64,000 nucleotides of DNA, from assembly GCF_011386835.1 (NCBI RefSeq), contig NC_088792.1:9920001-9984000 (forward strand). Reading direction: 5' to 3'. Within the stretch, counting starts at the first letter, position 1, and each line of letters opens with the position of its first letter. This DNA is from Chrysemys picta bellii. Taxonomy: Eukaryota. The notes below the pieces were generated by a model. The model was given only the letters and a program-made list of their open reading frames with translations, was not told the DNA's origin and did not search any database. A program made the position numbers and the translations under genes. Below, one piece after another: positions 1 through 12,703 of the stretch.

Positions 1-75
1 CTTTAAGGCTCACTACTGCTCAGAAGTGTGTAAGCAAAATAGCTAATGTTTTTAATCATTTTCCTTTTCCATTAG

Positions 76-348
76 CCAAGAACAGTATTGTCAAGGGTTT
101 GGAGAATGTGGAAGCCGTGGAAGGTGGTGAAGCCCTGTTTGAGTGCTACCTTTCCAAACCAGAGTGCTACAATTACAACTGGCTGATTGATGATGAGCCT
201 GTCAAAACCACAGAAAACATTGAGATGGTTTACTTTGAAAATGGACGCAGGCATATTCTCCTCTTGAAGAACCTCACTCCCCAGGACAACTGCAGGGTGA
301 CTTTCCTGGGTAGTGACGCAGTGACATCTGCGTTCCTGACTGTGAAAG
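76..348 (+). CDS. OBSCN: OBSCN exon 1 of window: Ig domain equivalent to human Ig58 (titin Z9/Z10-binding pair)
   Basis: AG at 74-75, GT at 349-350; translates (A)KNSIVKGLENVEAVEGGEALFEC...DAVTSAFLTVKG, matching recalled human obscurin VEALEGGEALFECQLS...VTSAFLTVRG; 273 nt, phase 1-1. Confidence 0.95.
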
Positions 349-902
349 GTAACAATGACAAACGTGTGCTTGGAGTGCTAGCTTTCCGGTTTGAAAGGCT
401 GGACAACCCAGAAAAATATTTGTTGAGTGCCAGAGCTGGATAGTTCATGAGTAGCATAGGTCATGGGCTCCCTGCATTACTTCTGCTTCACACAGAGAAA
501 TCTTTTATTTTATACTTTACTACTTACGTTTCGTGTGACAAGCACTTACGTGTAGGAAGTGACATATGCCACGTCTCATATAATGCTTATAAATTGTGCA
601 AATTAGCTAGAAACAAGCAACGTTCATACAGAGAGTGAGTATTCTAATGGATCAGATATAGATATTTCAAGGGTAAACAGGTTACAATTTACATCATGAT
701 CATCATCATTATTATTGTTAATTACTTTAGTTCCTAGAGGCCCCAAACAGTTAGGCAAAGCACAGACATAGAATAAAAAGCAGTCACTGCCCCAAAGAGC
801 TTTGAATCTATCAGCATACCAAGTCAACAAAGGGTGTATTAAACAAACGAATGAGGATGGCAACAAGGTAAACAGTGAGACAGTCCTGATTAGGTTAAGT
901 AG

Positions 903-1077
903 TAGGGTTGCCAACCCTCCAAGTTTGGCCTGGAGTCTCCCGGAATTGGCATCGATCTCCCCATGACTATTGAAAGCAATCCAGGAGACTTTAATAGGAT
1001 ATTTTAAGAAAATGACATTATGTCATACTGGGGGAAAAAATCTCCCAGAATAGCTTCGGTCAGAGTTGGCAACCCTT
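903..1077. mobile_element. hAT-type MITE (TIR TAGGGTTGCCAAC)
   Basis: TIRs tagggttgccaac / gttggcaaccctt; perfect 8-bp TSD TTAAGTAG at 895-902 and 1078-1085. Confidence 0.85.
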
Positions 1078-2129
1078 TTAAGTAGATATAGCAGCAGACC
1101 ACACAGCCTAGCCATTGCTGACTGATTTGCAAGCATCATGGCAAAGGTGAGTATACTTTGCGCAACTTCTGTTGGCTGTGGAACACAACCATTTACATTT
1201 CTTTCTGTTACTCAGCAGAGATGAATCCTTCTCAAACCTGCTTTATCAGTTTCTCTGTGGTCTGACTATCCATCGCTTGTCTTCCCATATTTTAGGACTT
1301 GCTTGTACATTCACTCATTATACATCTTGATTGATGTGGCCCAACCAGAATAACATCTATTCTTGTATGCTTTCCAGTGTGCTATTTTCCTGAACTGCAC
1401 CTTAACGCCTCTTACCATATTATACTCATGAGCTTTGCAAAGCATTCTTGCTATGAGGGAATGCTTCCGTTTTTCAATCGGACACAGGATCTCACAGCCA
1501 TGCAACATAATGAAATCATAGTTGCAGGATGTTGGGGTTTTTAGCTTCAGTTTTCTGCTTGCCCAATCTTGTTGAATCAGTTACATGCATCTACTGCTAA
1601 TTATTAAACCAAATTCAGCCCTGGTGTAAACAGACGCAACTCCATTGAAACCAATGTCATTGCCCATGATTGCACTAGGAATAAATGTGGCTCCTTTATG
1701 TATTTATTTCATGTACTACCTCTCCAACTACGCTAATTGGGGTGCCCAGGTATGTGAACTCCTTTGTGCTGTCAAACAATCCGTCCCCTCTTGAATTCCA
1801 TTGTACAGCTAGTCTGATCTTCATCTTCCCTGCATTGATCTGTAACCTCTGTGAATGCTGCTTGTCCCTCTTGAGTCTTGGAAACCAGTGCAGGGCTATG
1901 TACAAACTCAATCAGCTGTTTGCCTTCCCTGATAATTCCTAATTTGTTCTCCCCTTTAGTCCTTACCTACCTACTTCAATTCAGTGCCAGAGAGAAGATA
2001 ATGTGTGGCAAATACATTCTTGTCTCTCTCTAGATTTTATATCGGAAAACAACCTTACTTTGGTGAGCTGGCTTTAAAAGGTGCCACTATCAAATGCCTA
2101 TTATGATAATGGCACAAACTCACTTTCCC

Positions 2130-2700
2130 ATGGGCTGTCTGAGGAAACTGATGAGGCTAACATGGCAAGACAAGGTTCCAGATATTGAGGTTCTCATACG
2201 GGCCCGCATTCCAAGCATCCCTATTCCGTTGATGAAATCACAGGTGAGATGGGCAGGCCATGTCACCAGAATGTCAGATTAGTGACTGCCAGAGAAGAAC
2301 TTTTACGGCAAGCTAAAGGAGGGAAAGTGCTCTCAGGGAGGGCAGAAGAAACATTTCAAAGACTCCCTCAAGTTATCCTTGGAGTGTTTCAACAATGACC
2401 CTGAGTTTTGGGAAGATCTCCTTCATGGTAGTTCTATTTGGTGAAACCTCATCCATACTGGAGCTATAGTCTGTGAGTGGAGGAGAACTGCTGAGGCAGA
2501 GCAGAAGTACCAGCAGCGTAAATTTCGTAACAGCAGCATGTCCGTTGTTAATCAAGCAACCCATAGTAGCATCTCTTGTTCAATGTGCCACAGACAGTTC
2601 AAAGCTCAGAATGGCCTGATCAGCTACTCACGGGTTCACAGAAACTAAACCAACCTGTGATGTCATGGTCATCTTCTAACTAGAAGGATGAACAACAATG
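2130..2700 (+). mobile_element. RTE-clade LINE 3' fragment (decayed)
   Basis: CLRKLMRLTWQDKVPDIEVL...QVRWAGHVTRM, then FYGKLKEGKCSQGGQKKHFKDSLK and a C-terminal CxxC...H-type motif (CSMCHRQFKAQNGLISYSRVH); stops present. Confidence 0.75.
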
Positions 2701-3314
2701 GTAATTGCAAAAGGCGCTGAGATTTTCAGTGGAGATTGGCCCAGATCCTAAACGTCCGAGAATTTCAGAAGAGTTTGAACCCACATCTGACATTTATGGC
2801 TGACCTGTTTCCTATAATAAGCCAAAGCAAAAGCCACCCTTTCACTCTGAGGATCTGGTCAATTTCTATTTTACTGAGTTTGAACTTTTAATATAATTTA
2901 ATTTAATTTTGTTTTCTTTCCTTCTAACAATCTAAACTATGGTTATTTCATCATACTCTTTTTAAAATTTCTTTTATGTTACATTTTAAAAAATTCTTTA
3001 TCAGGTGCAGTATGGCTTAGTATGTTACAGTCACAGCTGATAAGATAACTGAGTTACAGTGTAAAGATGCACTGCAGTTTAACTCATGACACTTTGGCAG
3101 CTGGGTTTCCTCTCTTGGTGAAGTTTGCTGTGGCTACTTAGTCATCAGTGTAAATCCCATCTATTGACAGTCTTTTAGCATCAATACTTCTGTGGCACCA
3201 TTAGAAAATGCTTCCAGGCGGGCATGAGTTCAGGCTGAAGAATTATTTGGGACTGCCTTGTCTACTGCTAGTCAACATCGTAAGGTGTTTGGAAAAAGTG
3301 GTTAAATTGTGACA

Positions 3315-3584
3315 TTAAAAAGAACAGGAGTACTTGTGGCACCTTAGAGACTAACAAATTTATTAGAGCATAAGCTTTCGTGGACTACAGCTCACTTCTT
3401 CGGATGCATATAGAGTGAAACATATATTGAGGAGATATATATACACACATACAGAGAGCATGAACAGGTGGGAGTTGTCTTACCAACTCTGAGAGGCCAA
3501 AATTTGTTAGTCTCTAAGGTGCCACAAGTACTCCTGTTCTTTTTGCGGATACAGACTAACATGGCTACTACTCTGAAACCTGTC
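3315..3584 (-). mobile_element. Penelope-like element terminal fragment with inverted arms
   Basis: Inverted copies of aaaaagaacaggagtacttgtggcaccttagagactaacaaattt (3317-3361 / 3500-3544); 9-bp TSD ATTGTGACA at 3306-3314 and 3585-3593; same terminal sequence follows the GIY-YIG ORF at 35223. Confidence 0.85.
3368..3407 (-). ncRNA. Minimal type-I hammerhead ribozyme-like motif (CCGAAGA core variant, weakened stem II)
   Basis: Reverse strand GCAU-CCGAAGA-A-GUGAG-cuguag-UCCAC-GAAA-GCUU-AUGC. Confidence 0.55.
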
Positions 3585-4713
3585 ATTGTGACAATGTTAT
3601 GTCAAACTTACATGTAATGAGAACTTTATTAATACATAATATATATTAAATAAAACCTGGCTTATGTATTTGAGTGATTGCATCGCCTCATGGCATTGAC
3701 GAACATGCTGCTTCTTGGTTAAATGTAACCACATAGGTTGCAAACATGTTGGATATGTCTCTCCATCTTCGTCTTTCGGTTGCCAGTTGTAAGTATACTA
3801 CGTCTTTCAGCCTTCCTTATAGTTCAGCTACTGGAAGCTCAATGCAATTCTTGATTCCTCAGAGTTTTCAACTGGCCTTTCATCTTGTTTCTTTCTCTTA
3901 TCCATTTATGTGCTTTCCTATTTTTCCATGTAAGCCATGCATACCTCTTCTCATGCTTCACATTCCAGCTTGCTCTCCAAACCTTCTTGTTGAAGTGTTT
4001 GTTAATTATCAGCTCATGGGTTGGTGGTTACCCCAGTGTTAAAAATCTAATTTTTAAACAGAGGTGGAACTTTTTCTTCTATCTTTCAAAGGTTTCCCAC
4101 AGTTTTGTTTCCCTCCAGTCTATCTTCTTGGTGAGGAGTAGCATCCCTCACCTGGACTGGGTAGCTATACTCGCCCACAGCTCCTAATTCTTTTCTGTCT
4201 GTGGTGATCTTAGCTTCTTTTCTATTGTGATGGAATGGTATGTTTTCTGTAAACTTATCAGTGCACTTTCCAGGCATTTCCGTCATTTCCCCCATCTGCT
4301 TCTCCCACAGACAGAAATTAATCAAGCTCCTTATACAGGATGTAGAGTTAAAATAATGTTTTGGGAACTCGGGGCTCAGATAAATCTTTAATCTTCACAA
4401 CATGCACAAAATATCAGATTTTTGTTGGCGGGAAATGGATTCACAGTCACAGTTTGCACAGTTGTACAAAGTACCTATCTCAATCTCACTCGTCCAACCA
4501 AATAATTTCAACTAGCTAGAAAGAGGAGCATATTCATTTATCTACGCAACATTTCTTTATAATTCTTAGGAGCATAAGTGCACCTGGCGGGCTACACTCT
4601 CATAATCTCCATTTCACATCTGGGCATCGTGTGTCTCACAATGTTATGTGCCAAAGGGCATGTTCCATGAAAAAAACTGAACATCTGATCCAGAGCAAAC
4701 CCTAATTTCTGTT

Positions 4714-5202
4714 AAAAGAACAGGAGTCCTTGTGGCACCTTAGAGACTAACAACTTTATTTGAGCATAAGCTTTCGTGGGCTACAGCCCACTTCATCGGA
4801 TGCATAGAATGGAACATATAGTAAGAAGATATAAATACATCCAGAGAACATGAAAAGGTGGAAGTTGCCCAACCAACTCTAAGAGGCTAATTAATTAAGA
4901 TGAGCTATTATCAGCAGGAGAAAAAAAAACTTTTGTAGTGATAATCAAGATGGCCCATTTCAGACAGTTGACAAGAAGGTGTGAGGATACTGAACATGGG
5001 GAAATAGATTCAATTTGTGTAATGACCCAGCCACTCTCAGTCTCTATTCAAGCCCAAGTTAATGGTGTCTAGTTTGCAAATTAATTCCAGTTCAGCAGTT
5101 TCTCGTTGGAGTCTGTTTTTGAAGCTTTTCTGTTGCAAAATTGCCACCTTTAAGTCTGTTACTGAGTGGAATTAATTTGCAAACGGCTGGGTCGTTACAC
5201 AA
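4714..5202 (-). mobile_element. Penelope-like element 3' fragment (GIY-YIG C-terminus + terminal repeat) with short inverted tail
   Basis: Minus strand encodes HSVTDLKVAILQQKSFKNRLQRETAELELICKLDT; 5168-5202 consists of inverted copies of 5072-5088 and 5015-5032. Confidence 0.85.
4764..4803 (-). ncRNA. Minimal type-I hammerhead ribozyme-like motif (CCGAUGA core variant)
   Basis: Reverse strand GCAU-CCGAUGA-A-GUGGG-cuguag-CCCAC-GAAA-GCUU-AUGC; perfect stems I and II. Confidence 0.65.
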
Positions 5203-5647
5203 GTGAGAAAAGTGCTTTTGAAGTTCTTGGCTAAAACTTGGGAAAAGGACCGTTGTAATCAATAAAGGCCCCTCTCCTGAAACCTGTTGGCACAGTTGGA
5301 CTCTACTTGTGCAGAACCACTTTAAAGTCACTGGGGCTCCGTCCTGGTGCTAAAGGGATCCACCTACACAGGAGAATGCAGAATCAGGGCTAACGTGGGA
5401 CAAAAACAGGAGGCTACAGCACACAAATCTGAAGGAGCTTTCCTGATCGTTTTGGCAGTTCAGCTTCTAAGATTTCTGCCACCTCTAACCAGTTTGCATA
5501 ACCTAGACCCCAGAAAACCCATCAGGCTCTTCTGCCAGCCCATGTGGTCTCGCTGTCGAAAGATTCATCAAGAACATTAAGTATAAACCTTGACACTTAA
5601 TCTTTGCTTCAGTATCTTGGGGTTTGATTACATATTTTTAACTGCAG

Positions 5648-5920
5648 GATGGCGCCTGGAAATTTTGCAGCCTTTGGTTGACACTGAAGTCACTGCTGGG
5701 GACCGAGCTACCCTTAGCTGTGTTTTAAGTGAAGCAGTGCCAGTCAGCGAAGTCGCCTGGTATATTAATGACATGGATATCCAACCAGACGAGAACTGGG
5801 AAATGCAGGCAGATGGAGACACCTACAAACTGATCCTGAAGAAAGCCCAACCACATCATGCTGGAGAGGTGACTTTTGCTGCAAGGGATGCAATTGCCTC
5901 AGCCACGTTATCTGTAATAG
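5648..5920 (+). CDS. OBSCN: OBSCN exon 2: Ig domain equivalent to human Ig59
   Basis: CAG acceptor at 5645-5647, GT at 5921; WRLEILQPL...LSEAVPVSEVAWYIN...AQPHHAGEVTFAARDAIASATLSVI; 273 nt, phase 1-1. Confidence 0.95.
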
Positions 5921-5974
5921 GTAGGTTCATCCAGTGAACGTTTCTGCCAATTCTAGCCATTGGCACTTGCACCA

Positions 5975-6238
5975 CGGAGGGCAGGACAAGAGGCAATGGG
6001 TTAAAACTACAGCAGAGCAGCTTTAGATTAAATCTCAGGAAAAACTTCCTAACTGTAAGAACAGTAGGACAATGGACCAGTTTCCTAGAGAGGTTGTGGA
6101 AGCTCCTTCACTGGAGGTTTTCAAAAGGAGGCTGGAGATCCCTCCGTCTTGGCTGGTTTTTAGACAACAAATCCTGCAGCTTGGCAGGGAGTTAAACTAG
6201 ATGACCCTTTCGGTCCCTTCTAACCCTATGATTCTATG
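5975..6238 (+). mobile_element. CR1 LINE 3' end
   Basis: aggacaagaggcaatgggttaaaact...ctagatgaccc...ggtcccttctaaccctatgattctatg tail. Confidence 0.85.
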
Positions 6239-8359
6239 CTTCTCAGCCTACAGGATTGAGCTCTGTCACTCTGATTTTCTTACATCTGTGCTGTTTTCTG
6301 TTTCTCCTTCCCACAGGCACACACGCCAGCTTTCTCAGGTTTGATAAATTGCTGCTGTGCAAGTCTGCTCTGACTGTCTCTTGAAATGAAAATTAAACCA
6401 ATTAGTGATGAGATCTTCTTTTCAGTGTTACCTTAGCTGAAATCCACCATTTTGTAACCTACCATTCTTCCGTAAAGTACTAACTAGAACTGTACATACT
6501 TGTGGAGAAACCAATTTTCTGAGCAAGTTCTCTCTATCTTTATTTAAAATAATACTCTGCAAACTTACCAGCCTTAGGGAAAATTGAATTACAGTCAGTG
6601 AGGAAAAATTACCAAGAAAATAGAAGCACTTCAAAATGTGCTATTTTATTCTAGATTTCCATGGTCAATCTGATCGATGTATAGCAATATTTTACTTCAC
6701 AGTGCACAGATATCTTGTTGTTCATAGTTAATAACAAATGAACTGTTGACCTTTTAGGTCCTGTTTGTCATTATGGGACAAATTTTCAATAATGGCTTCC
6801 AAATTTTAGGAACCCCACAATTGGGGCGTGTAAGAATTTGGGCATGCAAAACGGGTTATTAGACTTTGGGAGTTGTAGATGTAAACCCAAACAAGAAACT
6901 GATAAAGTGTGAATCCAAGACTTGCACAGTCAAATTGGAGGTTTTGGGTGCCCAAAATTAGAGGCCAGGTTATAGCCTAATTTGACCCTTAATTTCATAG
7001 TAAGAGATATTGCAGTGTCACAGGTAATTTTCTTGGAAAATACCCATGTAGTTTCAGACTAAAGAGAGCTATTTCTGTCTTCTAAACCAGAGTGTATATT
7101 GCATGATAAATCCTTATGGATATGCTGAGGGTAATGATCAGTCCCCAAGTAGTCTGCAGGGACACAGTTCCAATGTTTTCATGTGTTTATGCTTTATTTG
7201 CTGGTTTACATGGAGAGCCACACAGTAGTTGCACAAGTATGGCAGCAATTTCCGTGAGATTTACGAGAGTTATTGTGCAATCCTGTGATGACTCCATTTC
7301 CATTAGAGATGGACTGTAACTAACGTTTGGGGCTGACCATCCCCGAACTCTGGGCACATTCTGACCTGATCTTTGTAGGTTTAGCTCATCTCTACTTTAT
7401 CTTTGATTGGACAAGATGGCATTAAAAATCACAAGACTTGGGAAGGTTCCATGGTAAACTTTAGGAGAGCTAATGTGGTTGCAGTGAGTTTATTGCTTGT
7501 CACTAGAGCTGGGTGAATAATTAATTTTTTTTCTTTTTTTTTTTGGTTTTGCCTGGAAACCGCAAAATCAAGGAAAATATTCAGTTTGGTTCTGAAGACT
7601 TTCGGAAATGGTAGGCAAATTGGAAAAGTCAGTTTCAGGCCAGCAAATATGTGTGGGTCCCCTTTATAAGCTTTAACCCAGTGGTTAGGGCACTTGTGAT
7701 GGACTGAGGTTTGAATCCCTGCTCTGAATCACAGGGAGAGAAGATTGGAAGCCACGTCTTCTACCTGTTAGGTGAATGCAGGGTATAGTCATCCTCACAT
7801 TCTCGCTCTGTCCCAATGACTATGTAAGTGTTTATACGAAGTGGAACAGTTTCAACAGGAGAGATTGAGAGCAGCCATACCCCAGAATAGTCTAAAGCCA
7901 GGCTGCTCACCTGGGAGGAGGTGATCTGCTCCAGAGTGGGGATTCAAGCTTGGGTCTCCCTCATCTTAGGCATGTGACCTAACTACTAGGCTAAGGGCAG
8001 ATTCAGACACAGAGTTTGCTGGTCAGGAAAACCTTTTTCCCAAACGGTATTAATTAGGTCATGTTCGCCAGTATTTTTGGACCAGCCAAAAATGCATTTT
8101 TGGGTGAAAAAACTATTCACCTGAAAAATTCCACCCCGACCATAGATTACGGTGCAGCACAGCTCTGCAGAGAGTTGTCAATTGTGCAAAGATGTGTCTG
8201 ATTTTCATCGGCACAACGCAGCTCCGATTCATGGTGAGAAAGATACTGAATGTGCACTTAGATTTCTCCTTATTGCTTATAATGAGGGCTTATTTGTAAT
8301 CTCACTAAAAAGCGACAGCACTTATTTTATACATCATTGGAACTCTGTTGTTCCCTCAG

Positions 8360-8647
8360 CCCTCCCTGATCCCCCTGAAGATCCAGAGATTTTAAGTAAG
8401 AGCAGTCGCTTGGTAACTCTGTCCTGGTTCACACCGCTGAGCAATGGTGGCTGTGGCATCTTAGGCTACAATGTCGAGAGGAAAACACCTGGCAGTGGCT
8501 GGCAGCAATGCAACAAGGAACTTATTCAAAACACGGAGTTTGTTGTGGACAATCTCTCACCAGGCGAACCCTACAGGTTCCGCATTTCAGCTGTAAACAA
8601 AGTTGGTGCTGGTGAACCAGTGCATTTACCTCAAACTGTGCAGCTAG
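8360..8647 (+). CDS. OBSCN: OBSCN exon 3: fibronectin type III domain
   Basis: ttccctcag acceptor, GTGAGA donor; LPDPPEDP...VTLSWFTP...GYNVE...YRFRISAVNKVGAGEPVHLPQTVQL; 288 nt. Confidence 0.95.
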
Positions 8648-8718
8648 GTGAGAATTAGAGAAGTCCCATAATGCACTGAGAGCTGTTATAGGCCTGTATT
8701 TCGCATGGCATGTCTGCT

Positions 8719-8841
8719 TAGGGTGACCAGCTCTCCCGATTTTATAGGGACAGTCCTGATTTTGGGGCCTTTTTCTTGCATAGGCTCCTATTATCCCCCA
8801 CCCCCATCCTGATTTTTCACATTCGCTGTCTGGTCACCCTA
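8719..8841. mobile_element. hAT-type MITE (TIR TAGGGTGACCAG)
   Basis: TIRs tagggtgaccag / ctggtcacccta; TSD tgtctgct / tgtctgca (7/8). Confidence 0.85.
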
Positions 8842-8860
8842 TGTCTGCATCACACATTCA

Positions 8861-9035
8861 CAGGGCCGCCCAGAAGATTCAGGGGGCTGGGGCAAAGCAA
8901 TTTTGGGGGGCCCTCCCATAAAAAAAAGTTTCAATACTATAGAATACTATATTCTCGTGGGGGTCCCTGTGGGGCCTGGGCAAATTGCCCCCTTTCCCCC
9001 CCCTTCCCCCCCCCCCCCCCCCCCCGGTGGCCCTG
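8861..9035. mobile_element. hAT-type MITE (TIR CAGGGCCGCC)
   Basis: TIRs cagggccgcc / ggtggccctg; perfect 8-bp TSD CACATTCA; internal poly-C tract. Confidence 0.88.
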
Positions 9036-10061
9036 CACATTCAAGGGACCTCACATGAGAGCGAAGCGTCCACACTATAGCATAGTTTGGTGCTTCTGAG
9101 TCTTGGAGAGAACGTTGGTAAATTGTTTTGGGCAGAAGCAAAGCGAAACCTGCTGTGTTGTTTATCTACTTGACATCTTTCTCTCCATACCGCAGCACTC
9201 AGTCTCATGGCTTGCAATGCATCTCCGAGTTTTGTCTGATCAACATAAGATTCTTTTCTCATGGAGACCAGACGTAATGACTGAGGCAGGGCATGCTGGA
9301 ATGGCTATGTTACTGTGGCTGACGGCAAGCGAGAGTTTTATTGCGCATGCAAGGGAGAGGCAGTGTTTCCTCCTTAAAATGCCTCTTTCTCTCTCTCTCT
9401 TTCTGATATTTGTATGTCTCTTATAATTTAACACCTTGACAATGTACCTGTGGGTACCAATTCACAGTTGCTTCAGTGACTATTTGTGAAACCGCAGTGG
9501 TCATGGAGAGAGAGGGAGCCATCATTTCAGTTACCTCTACGTTGTTTTCTTGTAAAGCCTCTCTCTACACTCTATTGCAATGGTGCCTGTGTGCTTTGTG
9601 TAGTTTCTTCTTATCTTTTTTGAAAACCCCTGGTAAGTTAAATTCCTAAGAGGGGGGAAAAGAACATTTAAAAAACATATTTGCCCATGTTTCTTTCTTC
9701 GGTCAAGTCTGGCTGAACTCGGGTGCATTTTAAATACTGGTGCCGTGCAGCTGTCATGTTATTAGAAGGTCATCTATCAAAGTGATGAACACAACAAGAC
9801 ATTTTCTCACGATTTAAGAGCTGCTGGCTCAGTCATTAGTAACAAGAGTGAAGGTTTCATCATGTTTTTCAAAACCTGAGATGGAGGCAACTTTCAAAAT
9901 CTTTTTTCTATGTTGGATCTTTTCTTCAAAAGTTGAAGGGAGCGCCACTTCAGCTGGCTCTACGCTTCTAATTTATGCTTCGAGCGTATAGGAATTGTAA
10001 AGCTACTATGGGCTAGGTCTTGGTGGGGTGTATGAGACTGTGTGAGACACTTGGCGATGAC

Positions 10062-10379
10062 TAAGGCTAAGATTTTGTCATGGATGTTTTTAGTAAAAGT
10101 CACAGATAGGTAGCGGGCAATAAAGAAAAATTCATGGAAGCCCATGACCTGCCCGTGACTTTTATTAAAAATATCTGTGACAAACTGGGGAGCAAATCTG
10201 CAGGGTCCCCATACCACCCACAGCGGCCCAGAACTCCCAGGGGCCCCCACAGCTCCTGGCCACCGTAGGCAGCCGGGGGGCCCTGCAGCTCCCAGCCGCC
10301 GCAGGCTGAAGTCACAGAGGTCTCTGGAAGTCACTGATTCAGTGACTTCCGCGACCTTCGTGACAAAATTGTAGCCTGA
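10062..10379. mobile_element. DNA transposon MITE, probably hAT
   Basis: TIRs taaggctaagattttgtcatg / cgtgacaaaattgtagcctga; degenerate 8-bp TSD gcgatgac / gtgatcac; GC-rich interior. Confidence 0.7.
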
Positions 10380-10651
10380 GTGATCACCTATAAGCACAGA
10401 AACATAAGGGGGGGGAAGCGCAATGGCTTCTGAATGTAGCTGTAAACTAATGCAATCTAATCTTCTTGGAGAGCTTTAGAAGTTGGAAACTCTAAATTAC
10501 CGCAATTTTTCCATTTTACCTTCCAATGATTGGCTGCAACAGTTGAACAAAAATTTTAAAACACCAACATTCAAAGCTTGGATGCTTCACAGACTCTAAT
10601 TCCCCCCCCCCCCCTTCATTGATTTTAATGCCCTAATTTTTATAATTGCAG

Positions 10652-10921
10652 AGCCTCCATTTACAGTCACTCATCCCTTAGTAGGCAAGTCGGTCTTGGA
10701 AGGGGAGGTGGCTGTCCTGGAGTGTGAATTTTCAAGAGAGACCCAAGAGGCAATCTGGGTCAAAGGAAAAGAACAACTACAGCCTGGAGGAAGATATGAA
10801 ATAAAGTCTGATGGCAAAAAGCAGATGCTCATTATTCATGCATTTAAACCTGAAGATCAAGGATTGTACACCTGCATGATCTCTCCTGATACCAGATCCT
10901 CTGCTCTTCTGTCTCTTGAAG
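10652..10921 (+). CDS. OBSCN: OBSCN exon 4: Ig domain
   Basis: ttgcag acceptor, GTACAA donor; VLECEFSRETQEAIWVKGKEQLQPGGRYEIKSDGKKQMLIIHAFKPEDQGLYTC (Ig C-W-DxGxYxC pattern); 270 nt. Confidence 0.92.
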
Positions 10922-12119
10922 GTACAAAAAGTGTGTATCTGAGAGTTTTTATTAGTTCTAATTAAGGATACTCAATAGCCTCTCCATTGTTAAGATTAGA
11001 ATTCAGTTTCCATTATAAGCTCAATATTTCTCCTCCTGCTAAATCCACAAGCAAAGACATATCAGCCTCAAAATTAGGACATCATGTCTGTTGTCGAGGT
11101 AGAATTTGTCTATGGGTTTTGAAGTGATCAGACAAGAATTTCCTTATCAATGATACATTTAAAAATGGACACATTCACCAGAGTCCAAAACTTTTTTGCC
11201 ACTTTATAGCTAAGAATAAAACCAAAACACACACAAAAACAGAAGTGAGACATTTTAGTTCACTGGAGTCATATAGCCACATCCTAGTGCTCAAGACTGT
11301 TGATTAAACTCTAATTGTAGGTCATTAAGATTTTAAATTGTGATGTCCAAGTGTCTCATTGGCTCCCACAGACGTAAAAAGGGTCACCAGATGTCCGCTG
11401 AAGACCTACTGGTAAGCTTTCATTTAAAGAAGGAAAATAAGTCTCTAGCTCTTTTCGAGCTTAATTGGACAAGCTGTAGGTAAATTAAAACACAGTAAGA
11501 AAAATGGTGTTCACCACATTAGAAGATTCCTCAAATGCTTTTTTGCCACATCCTCACTTGAGACCAAGGATGGTGGGAAAGAATTAAAATTGAGTTTATT
11601 GGATTCCTCAAGAGGGAGGGAAATCAAAGTCAAAGCAGGGTAAGTGTATTTATTCCCTACACAAGAGGCAACCATATGCTTTCATTCTGAATTACTTTCC
11701 TGTTAGAAAAAATGGTGAGAGAGAGCAAAAGAAAAGTCTCAGTGAGAGAGCACAGGACATGGATCTCCTCTAAGACAGGCTGCTGCAACTCTGAGGCAGA
11801 GAGGCAGCATTCTTAAAAATTAAAAAATTCTTACATTGCAATTTAGACTTTTCCCATTCGGTGCCAGGGCACCTCTTAAAAAATGCTACACTTTCCTAAT
11901 GGCATTAGTCAAGTTGAAAATACATAATGTAGATAAAAAATAGTGTTTACAAAACCGTTTGTACTGGAAAATATTTTTCTGCACCCCCAGACAAATGCAT
12001 TAAGTGGAGACAGGTGAAGAATATGTGACTTCCTCTCAAATTCTCCAATGAGAATCAGTGTGTTGTTACAATACATGTTTTCACTGATCTTCTGCAGGTT
12101 GATCTGGGATGTAACATAA

Positions 12120-12486
12120 AACAAACGTAAGGAAGTACTTTTTCCTCACAACACACACAGTCAGCCTGTGGAGCACATTGCCAGGGGATGTTGTGAGGGC
12201 CAAAAATATAATGGGGTTCAAAAAAGAATTAGATAAGTTCATGGAAGATAGGTCCATCAATGGCTATTAGCCAGGTTGATCAGGCACACAACCCCATGCT
12301 GTGGGTGTTCCTAAACCTCTGACTGCCGGAAGCTGGGACTGGACAACAGGGGATGTATCATTGATAAATTGCCCCGTTCTGTTCATTCTCTTTAAGCATC
12401 TGGCACTGGTCATTGGTGAAAGACAGGATACTGGGCTAGATGGACCATTGGTCTGACCCAGTATGGCCATTCTGATGTTCTTATTA
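12120..12486 (+). mobile_element. CR1-type LINE 3' fragment
   Basis: aggaagtacttttt...aaaaagaattagataagttcatgga...gggctagatggaccattggtctgacccagtatggccattctgatgttctt tail. Confidence 0.75.
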
Positions 12487-12703
12487 CCGCCTATGGCTTT
12501 CACTGCAGGTCCTGTGGGGCACTGTTTCCATGGGGTATATTCAGCAGAACATAGATGATTTTTGCTTTATGGCTAAAATGCAGTGGTTAATTTTAATTTC
12601 AGTGATATTTTACTGCCTGGATTTGGAGTAACATTTTCATGTGATTTCTCTTGCGTTATTCACATGCTTCTTCTTACTGTCTTACTAACTGAATCCCAAT
12701 TAG

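Noticed and set aside
12583-12703. 5' extension of the 493-aa ORF and alternative acceptor at 12601-12602
   Set aside because: The extension is T-rich intronic sequence; that AG gives an incompatible phase and an early stop (TAA) when spliced to the phase-1 donor at 10921
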